Below, in pieces: positions 10,601 to 19,399 of a DNA stretch of 64,000 nucleotides. The position numbers and the translations under genes were made by a program. Position 1 is the stretch's first letter, and every line of letters starts with the position of its first letter. Location: contig QPMI01000130.1 in assembly GCA_004431415.1 (NCBI GenBank), positions 1-64,000 of the forward strand, given 5' to 3'. The stretch comes from Cyanophora paradoxa CCMP329 (lineage: Eukaryota > Plantae > Glaucophyta). The notes under the pieces were generated by a model that was not told the DNA's origin, made no database searches, and saw only the letters and a list, made by a program, of their open reading frames with translations.

Positions 10601-10764
10601 AAATGGGCAGCCGAAAGCGACGCTACATCACGTGGGAGGAAGACATGCTCGACGACGCAGTAGAGCGCCAGGCTAAGCAGGCAAGGGCAGGCATGGCGCC
10701 AAGCTTCCCAGAGGTTTACAACGTTTTCTCCGACTGCTATGCTCTCATTCACAGGCGCGTGTGA
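7651..10764 (+). CDS. UL9/origin-binding-protein-like SF2 helicase with long N-terminal extension; frameshifted in 5' half
   Basis: Walker A VICSGLNTGKT, VILVTCRRAFS, ITWDSLHKV, Walker B LVVLDELSS, IVAMDGF, VLIATSALGAGVDF..HFDKVY and VQLLFRVRRL. This motif series is typical of the Herpes_ori_bp-like family. Split between ORFs 8549-9307 and 8881-10764. ATG 7651 follows AATTTTCCAAG. Confidence 0.85.
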
Positions 10765-10865
10765 TTGTCGGATGTCACAGTGTGGACTTCGCGAACGGGA
10801 TGCGCGTGCCAGTGTGTAAATACGAACGTGCGAATTCAAGTGACGTCATGCATATGATCAATGAA

Positions 10866-10915
10866 TGTCTCGACTTTTTGAGATATTAATTTAAAGATCT
10901 GGGAGGGTCGGGACA
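10866..10915 (-). repeat. 50-bp imperfect palindrome (copy 2), inverted relative to copy 1
   Basis: Reverse complement matches 7511-7560 at 48/50 positions. An additional half-site TGTCCCGACC lies at 10956. Confidence 0.95.
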
Positions 10916-11193
10916 TTGCGAGGGCGGACGAGAGTGAGGGCATGCACTCTCTATGTGTCCCGACCTTTTCTGAACAACTCATGATTGCCGTATCATCGAT
11001 CTGCATTTACTCACTTCGTTCTCTGTCGCTTGCACATGCGCGGTGTGGGATTACTAATTAGATCTAGTCTCCCTAGCCCTCTGCGGCCGCCTTCCTGCCC
11101 CCCTGCAAAGAGCAGCTCAACCAAATCCTGTGGGTCTGATTCATTGCAGACTCGCCTTCCCCGCCTGGGCCTGAGCTACACCAAGCTACGGTG

Positions 11194-11459
11194 AGTCCGA
11201 CCAAGAGACGTGTCCGGACCCTCCCTACTTTCTTTATAGATTATTGGAAAGGTCCGGACACTAGAGGAGGGAGGGCGTACATAAGTAGTCTGACCAAGAG
11301 ACGTGTCCCGACCCTCCCAGATCTTTAAATTAATATCTGAGAGGGTCGAGACACTAGAGGAGGGCGTACATAAGTAGTCTGACCAAGAGACGTGTCCCGA
11401 CCCTCCCAGATCTTTAAATTAATATCTGAGAGGGTCGAGACACTAGAGGAGGGCGTACA
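11194..11459 (+). repeat. Three tandem ~89-93 bp units, each containing the 50-bp palindrome (11211-11260 divergent, 11304-11353, 11393-11442)
   Basis: Unit GTCTGACCAAGAGACG-[palindrome]-CTAGAGGAGGGCGTACATAAGTA, directly visible. Confidence 0.95.
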
Positions 11460-12108
11460 ACTTAAACTCGCGCAGCGCCGCCTGCTCCTCGCTGAGGTTC
11501 TCTGACTTCATTCGATCGCTGTAGGGCTCGGGCGGAGTTCCAGCCTTCACGTGCGACCAAAATAGATGTAAGCACCGCCGCATGAGCTGAATGTACCTCT
11601 CGTCCCGTCTGACGTACCACGTTCGCACGCGCAGAGGCGTGAAGCAAAAAAGTTCGGCCCACTCGCGGCCCGTTATGTCTAAAAGTCCTTGCAGCTGCGT
11701 CATGTAATAGGTAGGAACCTTGTCGTAGAGTTCTTGTTTGTACGGACATTTTATTTCGAGTATGCGATCGTTTCCGATTAGCCCGTCCGGGCTCCCCGCC
11801 AGGAAGGGCAGTTCCTTATGTTCGTGCAATCCAGTATGTTGCACGTCCACGTTATTGTTCAACGTTTTGTAGAGAGAGACCGCGAAGGGCTCATAGTCAT
11901 GCCCGTAGGTTAGGGCAGGGTTGTCAAAGTTGTTTTCCTCCGCTATCCCGCTTAGCTCCGCCCACAGGCGGGCCCTGGATTTCCAGGGGTTTATACCGCA
12001 CGCAGCCGCAAAATTAGATGCAGTTAGTTTTTCACGGCGCGCCGCGTGCCACGCCGCGCTCCCCTGTTGTAAGTTCTCGCAAGTCTCGCAATCTGTATCG
12101 GTATGCAT
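11443..12108 (-). CDS. YqaJ-like viral recombinase / lambda-type alkaline exonuclease (221 aa, intact)
   Basis: QGSAAWHAARREKLTASNFAAACG, YGHDYEP, GSPDG, LEIKCP and YYMTQLQGLL are the canonical YqaJ PD-(D/E)xK motifs. Confidence 0.93.
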   Translation of the reverse strand: MHTDTDCETCENLQQGSAAWHAARREKLTASNFAAACGINPWKSRARLWAELSGIAEENNFDNPALTYGHDYEPFAVSLYKTLNNNVDVQHTGLHEHKELPFLAGSPDGLIGNDRILEIKCPYKQELYDKVPTYYMTQLQGLLDITGREWAELFCFTPLRVRTWYVRRDERYIQLMRRCLHLFWSHVKAGTPPEPYSDRMKSENLSEEQAALREFKLYALL

Positions 12109-12158
12109 AGCTTAGCCTCGCAGTAGCGTTTAGAATTTCTTGATGTGTGCGAATGCAT

Positions 12159-12888
12159 ATGTCTGATAATCAGACTACCCTCCCACCGCTATCGGGGTAC
12201 ATCCGAGATTACACTAAGCAGGTAAACGGGCTGATCGGCTGGGTGAAAGAAGAGATCCCCAATACAATGCGAGACGGGGGCATGGCTGCGACGTATTTGC
12301 GCGATGTGGCACGCAGAGGCCTCGGGTCCAGGGTAGACATCCGAACGTATGAGCCGCCGGTGTACGAAATCGAACACAGGGACGACATGGGCAGGGTTCG
12401 CGATGAACTTCGCAAGCTCTGGTGGGCGTTCGGCTCGCGCAAGAGCCCCATGACCTACCTGCCCAAGACGTTCAGAGAGTTATACTGGATCTCTTCCTGA
12501 ATGCGGGCACTCGCACGGAGATCATCAATCGCCCGCTCAATATTTTGAAGCACTACTTCCAAGGCTTCGTTCACCACGCCAAAAACAAGGAAGATGAATG
12601 GGTGGTACCCTATGTCCCCCATCGGATTTGATCCCTGAAGGATGGGACGAAGAACAAGACAATATGGAAGAACGGTTCAAGAGATACAAGTATAGAAAAC
12701 TGACGCCTGCCGGCCCACCGTACGGCCCACCGGCGCCCACGGCGGAGCAGCGCCAAGAGATACTGCGGGAGGGTCAGATTCGCAGGTGGATGGAGTACAG
12801 CAATGATCCGACGAGCTGGTCGCCAGACGAGGCCGAGCTGCGGAAGCGCGCGAGGCTGCCAGGCCCTCGATACCCCGACCGCGAGTAG
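12159..12888 (+). CDS. Hypothetical viral protein, paralog A (two frameshifts)
   Basis: Three overlapping ORFs (12147-12500, 12422-12631, 12598-12888) stitch into one protein containing LRKLWWAFGSRKSPMTYLPxDVQRVILDLFL. Confidence 0.55.
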
Positions 12889-12922
12889 GGGTACAGGTAT
12901 AAATTCTCACCGAGCCGCGAGC

Positions 12923-13488
12923 ATGGCGCGAACACGCGAGTCCGACGTGCTGTACAACAACGGCGACCTGGACGGGGAGATTCGACAGCGGAACGTGGAC
13001 TTGGAGGATGCGAACGCAGTGCTGGAGGGGAGGCGCACGTCCTCAGGGGGCGGCTCGCCGGCGGAGAACTTCATGGAGCGCGTGCTCTACCTTGTGCGCT
13101 GGATTAGAGACGAATTCCACGACGAGCGAGAGCTCCCGGACAGGGAGATGATCAGGGCCGCGGGCTTGATGGTATGACAGAGAACCCGAGATCGTACCTG
13201 AGGCGCGAACGCAGGGATCTGAACGGCGATTGGGCCGACCTGCAAGCGCTGTGGACGGCCTTTGCGAACCGCAAGAGCCAGATCCTTGCCCTGCCCGCGC
13301 AGGTACAGCAGCGTATCATTGATTTCGTAGCCCCCTGGCGCGACGAGTCCCTCCAGCAGCCATTCATGCAACCACGCTTCCTCTCCGGGCTCAGGAGCGC
13401 GTTCTTCCACTTGGCCGTGAGCAGCGACCGGTATTTCACACCGCAGAGGATCGTTCACGGCGAATTCGGCATACCCCCGAGTGGCTGA
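12923..13488 (+). CDS. Hypothetical viral protein, paralog B (frameshift or ATGA-coupled pair at 13174-13177)
   Basis: MARTRESDVLYNN... plus ...LQALWTAFANRKSQILALPAQVQQRIIDFV; upstream AAATTCTCAC. Confidence 0.55.
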
Positions 13489-14247
13489 ATTTTGCCACCG
13501 TACCCCCTTCCCCACCCCGCCTCGAAGGCCCCCCCTCCCCTACCCCCGAGCAGCGTGAGTCACTCAAGCGTCAGAGGGAGGTACGCGAATGGATGGACGA
13601 CACCAGCCACTGGGTACAGGGCGAGGCCGAATTACGCAAGTTCGGAAGGTTCGGGCAGTAACAGCGGGGGGTACAGCATTCAGTTAGAGCCTGAGCATCG
13701 TTAGAGGCCGGGAGGCCCCCCGAGGGGTACACCGGCTGTTACTCCCCGCGTCGGTTAGTGCTAGCCCCCCTGTTAGTGCAGCGTGTACCTGATCGCAATA
13801 TAACACCCAAACCTCCGCGACGCGTGACTCATGCAACCTCCGAGGGTTAACAATGCATTGACAGCGAAGGGGCAAGCTCGAGAGCTCAACGCTTCACAAA
13901 GGCCCACATATATATGCGTATGATCATGATCCCCAAATTTTCGAAGTTGCCGGGATGCGCAAGGGTACCCCAGCTGGCGGTAAACGTACATGCGCATGCG
14001 GCCGTCTCTGTTCGTAGCCGCTCTCTCGCCGGCGCATTCGCAGCCCCGCTTTCTCTCCTCGGCATTTGGCAGCAGCAGCCTCGGCGTTTGTCCAGCGCGT
14101 CGTGTTGCGTCGTCTTCGACGTCGACGCTTCCTGTCAACAAATCCAACTTCTTCTGTCAATCCGCGCGGCGGCGTTTTGGCGGCGCGCGATCTGCGGCAA
14201 AAGTTGCCGATTGCAAGTTGGACGCGCGGCAAAAGTTGCCGATTGCA

Positions 14248-15552
14248 ATGGCAGCAGCGGAGATCAGGCTGATTCCCATGTTCGAGGTAAGTAGTGAAGC
14301 TTGCCGAAAGGGGCGGCTTGGGTCGATCTGCTGACTGTTCTGTGCAGGACAATTACGCGTACCTCATTACCGTGATTTCTTTTGCTCGATGTCACATCTA
14401 TGAACAGCGCGACTCACGTTGGTGGGGCAGTGTGCAGTAACGAACGAGGCGGCCCTCGTTGACCCCGCGCAGCCGAAGGCGGTCCTCGAGGTGCTGAAGG
14501 CGGAGACGCGTCCAGTGCGCCTGACGACCCTCCTCACGACGCACAAGCACTGGGATCACGCGGGCGGCAACGAGGAGATGGCCCGCGCGATCCCAGGCCT
14601 CCGTGTGGTCGGGGGCGAGATGGAGGACACCCCCATCCCCGCGTGCACCCTCGGCGTCAAGGCGCGCCGCTCGGCCCTGCACCCCGCACTGCGCTGAGTC
14701 GGCCGCAGGAGGGCGACGTCGTCACCGTCGGCGCGCTTCGCTTCAGAGTGCGGCCCCCTGGCCCAGCCCGCGGCCGGACCGCGCCAAACAACGGCATAAG
14801 GCTCAACAACACTTGCAGGTTCTGTTCACGCCCTGCCACACGCGGGGCCACGTCCTATACTTCCTCGAGAACTGCTCCCCGCCGGCCCTCTTCTCGTGCG
14901 CCCCGCCGGCGGCGCGGCGCCTGCTCGGGCTGAGCGGGCAGCAGCGGTGACACGCTCTTCCTGGCCGGCTGCGGGCGCTTCTTCGAGGGGGACGCCGCCG
15001 ACATGCACCGCGCCATGTACGAGGCGCGCCGCCCCTCCCCGCCCTCGCCGCTCTCGCAGACCCCCCGCTCCCCAGGTCATCGGCCGCCTCCCGCCCGAGA
15101 CGGAGGTGTACTGCGGGTGCGCCCGGCGGGGCCGGCGGGACGGCGGGGCGCGCGGCGAGCGGGCGGGGGCGCAGGCACGAGTACTCGGTGAACAACCTGC
15201 GCTTCGCGGTGCACGTGGAGCCCGGGAACGCGGCGGCCGCGGAGAAGCTCGAGTGGGCCAAGCAGCAGCGGGCGGCGGGGCGGCCCACCATCCCCTCCAC
15301 CCTCGCCGAGGAGAAGGTCCGCCCGCCCGCCCCGCCCGCTCGCCCCGCGGCCGCGCGCTGCAGCAGCGGCCGCGCGCAGAGGTACAACCCGTTCATGCGC
15401 GTGCACGAGGAGTCCCTCGCCCGCGCAGTGAGGTGCGCGCCTCCCCGCCCGGCCCCGGGGCGCACGGGGGCGGGGCTGAGGCATGTGCCAGGGCGGAGGG
15501 GCCTGTCGCTGTCATGCGCGCCGTGCGCGCCGCCAAGGATGCCTTCAAGTAG
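14248..15552 (+). CDS. GLO2: Hydroxyacylglutathione hydrolase (glyoxalase II), ~10 exons
   Basis: Spliced [60 protein letters not shown] and KDAFK*. Confidence 0.93.
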
Positions 15553-15797
15553 GACCCGGCCCCGTGCTCCCTCGCCCCACCCCCTCCCCGCCCCACGCTA
15601 GCGGCCGTGTGCGGGCATCGGAGGGTCGATTGGGGGGGACGGGAGACTGCGCGCGGGGTGGGGGCGACGGGAGGCGGGGGCGGGGGCGGCGGGGCGGTGC
15701 GGTAGAGGAAGCTGTGCTGCAGCTGGGATGGCACTTGGGGGGCGAGGCGGGGACGGGGCCGGAGGGGGCGGGGCTGGGCAGGGCGGGGTAGGGCCGG

Positions 15798-16850
15798 TCA
15801 CATGCGCTCCTTCATGCGGCTGGCGATGGTGCGGAGCTTGCTGTAGACCTTGCCCGGCGGGCTCCCTGCCGGCACCCGTCGGCGGCGCGGGGCGAGCGGG
15901 GCGGCGCGCCGACAGGCAGGCGGACCGAGGATGAGGGAGACGACGGCGTCTCGGGCCGTCTTGATGTTGTTGAAGGAGCCGAGGATGTGAATGTGCCTGC
16001 CCCGCCGGCTCGCCGCGAGCGCAGGGGGCGTGGCGACGCGGCGCGCACGAGTCGGCGAGCACGATGCGCGTCTTCGTCGTGTTCTCGATGGCAAACTTCG
16101 TCTTGCCGCCTTTCCCCGCGATGCGCCCAATCGCCCGCGAGAGGTGGTCCCCCTGCAGGTTCTTCACTGCGCCCCGCCCCACTTCAGCGCCGGCGCCGCC
16201 GCGGGAGCGCCGGCAGGGCCGCACCGTCCTTAATCTCAAACGTGTCTATGAAAAGATCGTCCAGCCGCAGCAGCGCCACCGCGTCCTTCGTGGCCCCGCC
16301 CGTCAGTGGCGCGCCGACCCGCCGCCGGGCGCCGGCGCACGTCGAGATCGAAGCCGAGGAGGAACGCCTTCACAAAGTCCGCGCTCTTTTGCAGCGCCCC
16401 CGGGTCCGTTGTGTGCTCCGAGGTCTGGCGCAGACCCCGCGTCGTCCGCAGCTCCCGGCCGAGCACGGCGCCGCGGGCCCCGCACCTTCAGCTCCACCGC
16501 GCGACTCTTGAGGTTCATGCGGATCTGCAGCTTCATGTGTTCCACGACCGGTGTATATATCTTTAACCAGTTCTCTTTCAGCGGCGTGTAGCGGTGCGCA
16601 GGCACGGGGACTCTCCGGAACTCGGACTTGCCGCCCTGCGGATTCGCGTGAGTGGGGCGGGCAGAGAGCTGGGGCGCGTATTCCCGATCTAAAGCTGGGG
16701 GCTGCCAACGGGAGTGCGCACCCGCATTTGCTTGGCCGTGAGCGCTGGGAACTTCGCGACATCGCGGCCCTCGCCAGACCCAGACGCCTCCTGCTGCTCG
16801 GCGGCCTCCTCAACCTCGTCAGCTTCGATAATCTCCTCGTCCTTGCTCAT
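15798..16850 (-). CDS. PNO1: Pre-rRNA processing KH-domain protein PNO1/DIM2, multi-exon
   Basis: PAHRYTPLKENWLKIYTPVVEHMKLQIRMNLK, ALQKSADFVKAFLLGF, GDHLSRAIGRIAGKGGKTKFAIEN and GSPPGKVYSKLR. Confidence 0.95.
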
Positions 16851-16902
16851 GACTACGCTGCGTGGCGAACTTGGCGATCGGGCCGGATCGGCGGACGGGG
16901 GG

Positions 16903-19257
16903 ATGAACAAGTTTTTTTGGATCCGGGATACAGCAAACAGACCCGCCTCTCCTTCCCGCTCCAAGCAAGCGCAGAGGCCAGCAGCGCAGGCACTTCCCAG
17001 CAGCCATTTTCCAGCGCTGAACTGCTGCACCTCGTGCGACCCGGGCGACGTGCGGCTTCCCCCTCCTGCGCCCGCTCTCCGCCGGCCCCGACCGCTGGCG
17101 GGTCGCGCAGGAGGGCGTGCTGTGCGGCCTGCTCAACGCGCGCCCCGACCTCCGCCCGTCGGCCTACTTCAAGGTCCGTTCGCCCCCCCATGGCACCGCC
17201 AGCCCAGCCGCGCGCCCAGCCCGCCCCGCCAGCGCCCCTTCACTTCTCTCCCCATCGCCCCTTCCTTTTCCTCTTGTGATCCCCGGCCGCGGGGTCGATG
17301 GCGCAGAGCACCATCGTGGCGTTGAGCCGGGCCATTGAAGACGAAATCCTGGCTCTCTCGTCGAAGGAGGAGGAGTGGATGGTGATCGGCAAGTTCGGGT
17401 CGAGCGGGAACTTCCACCTGCGCGGGCGCGGGGGCATGCCGAAGGCGGCCAAGCTCGTCGACCGCCTCTACCTGCTGGAGGGGGAGGACATCGCGCGCGC
17501 CCCGAACGAGGCTGCGGCCGCCAAGGCCGGCTTCCACCACATCCCGTACTCGGCGGGCCAGATCCTGCCCCGCGAGTGGTTCTTCGTCGTCGTCTCGCCG
17601 AGCTTCACGGCCTGCGTGGTGGCCACGAAGCGGCGCGAGGACCCCATCGACCTTACCAAGCGCTTCGACGGCGTCTGGAGCCGCGAGCCGTCGGTGTGCG
17701 CGCAGGCGGCGCTCGTGGCGTTCGAGCGCCTGCGGGCGTACCGCCCGGACCTCTCCCGCCAGCTCGACGAGGACGAGGCCCGCTTCAAGCTCCGCGCCCG
17801 CGCCCGCCTCAGCCGCCGGACCAGCGCGGCCGAGTCGCGGCGGAGGCGGCAGGGGGACAGCACGGCGTTCGCGGAGCGGCTGGTGCAGAACATGACGGCG
17901 AGCAACTACAAGCTGGTGAAGCTGCTGCGGGTGCAGCAGGCGATGGCGAAGGAGCTCGACCGCTTGAACCAGGCCCGCACCAACTCCATGAAGATCATCG
18001 CCCACGAGCTCCGCACCGTCCGCCCCGCCCCGCCCCGCCCCGCCCCGGCCCGCGCGGCGGGGGCATGACGGGCCGGGCAGCCGCTGTCGACGATCCGGGT
18101 GTGCATCGAGAGCGCGGCGACGGAGGACCTGTCGAGCGGGGTGCAGGCGGCGATGGCGCGGACGGCGCTGGAGGACCTGGACCGCCTCTGCAAGCTCATC
18201 GACGACTTCTTCTTCCTCGACCAGCTCGAGCGCGGCGAGGTCGAGTGGCTCGTCGAGGTCCCCGCCCCGCCCCCCGCCGCCCCCGCCCCCGCCCCGCCCT
18301 CACGCCGCGCTGCGCAGCCGGTGTCGGTGCAGGAGTGCGTGCAGGAGGCGGTGGCGGGGGTGTACCGGCGGCGCGGCGCGGAGCGGGCGCTGCCGAAGAT
18401 CACGACCTCGCTGGACCTCGCGTGGCCCGTCGTGCGCGCCGATGGCCAGGGCCTCTCCCGCGTCCTCCACTCCCTCCTCGACAACGCCGTCCGCGCGCGC
18501 CCTCCCCCGGTCCCGCCGGCCCCGGCGACGGGGGCGGGGGCGGGGCGCAGATCAAGTTCGCGCCGGAGGCGGGCGGGGTGATCCGCGTGGCCTCGCAGAT
18601 GCGGGGGCGCGAGGTCGAGCTCGTCGTCTCCGACAACGGCTGCGGCATCGAGCCCGAGCTCCTCGACCGCGTCTTCGGTGCCCCGCCCCTCGGCCCCGCC
18701 CCCCCCCCCCCCCCCCCGCCCCCCCCGGCCCCCCGGCCCCCCGCCCCGCTCGCCGCCTGACGCGCCGGCGGCAGACCTGTACTGGCAGGAGGACGCGTAC
18801 CTGCGGCGGGCGGCGGGGGGCGTGGGGCGGGGCCTGCCGATCGCGCGGCGCATCGTGGAGTCGTTCGGGGGGCGCATCTGGGTGGAGTCGCAGGGGCGCG
18901 GCATGGGGACCTCGGTCCACTTCACGTGCGAAGGGCCCCTCCCGCCGCAGAGCAGCCGCTCACGCCGCCGCCGCCGCGCAGCTGCCCCTCGACATCACCC
19001 TCTCCATCCAGGAGGGCATCCGCGCCGCCGCCAAGGCCGCCGCCTCCCTCTCCGCCCCCGCCGCCCCGCCCAGGCCTCCCCGGCCCTCCACGAGGCCCCC
19101 GCGGCCACCGCGCGCCGGCCCAGGCGAGCGCCCCTGGACCCCGCCGTCGCCGCCCCGCGAACCCGGCGCTCCCGCGCGGCCCCGGCGCCCGCGGAGCTCC
19201 CCGAGGCCCCCCGCCGCCCCCGCCCGCCGCGGCCGCCGCAAGCAGGGCGTCGCCTGA
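16903..19257 (+). CDS. DICT-sensor histidine kinase of cyanobacterial type, multi-exon
   Basis: Exons 16903-17049, 17111-17173, 17307-18017 and on give VLCGLLNARPDLRPSAYFK|STIVALSRAIEDEIL..EWFFVVVSPSFTACVV..FDGVWSREP (DICT). H-box AHELRTPLSTI, N-box LLDNAIKF, G1 VSDNGCGI, G2 GVGRGLPIARRIVE. Confidence 0.85.
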
Positions 19258-19399
19258 GGCCGGCCCCGCCCCGCCCGCCCGCCCGCTCCGCCACTTGTAC
19301 CACTAGTCGCTCGATATTCTCGACAGCCGCCCCTCATTTGTTTCTCATCTTTGAAGCTCTCTGCCGTTCTCTCTGTATTAGGTCGTCATTTTCTGATTT

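Larger units (their letters stand above)
1..13700. mobile_element. Endogenous dsDNA virus-like segment (small NCLDV-relative / Polinton-like-virus-sized element; left part outside window, right boundary approximate)
   Basis: Intron-free, densely packed ORFs with a shared upstream motif. Includes UL9-like helicase, YqaJ exonuclease and SSB-like genes. Abrupt switch to intron-rich host genes at ~14.2 kb. No capsid or packaging ATPase seen in the window. Confidence 0.8.

Noticed and set aside
9238-10839. 533-aa antisense ORF
   Set aside because: It is a shadow ORF of the GC3-rich helicase gene and has no motifs.
7511-10915. Classical cut-and-paste transposon bounded by the 50-bp inverted repeats
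   Set aside because: No transposase and no evident TSD. The same unit recurs internally in tandem, and each copy is itself palindromic. Invertibility is kept as a hypothesis.
11194-11459. Palindromic repeats with regular spacing as a CRISPR array
   Set aside because: The intervening sequences are near-identical rather than unique spacers, no cas genes are present, and the context is eukaryotic/viral.
17298-17300. ATG of the ORF track as the kinase start, and identification as CSK/Hik2
   Set aside because: The ATG lies inside the inferred intron 2, and the sensor looks DICT-like rather than the GAF domain of Hik2/CSK.
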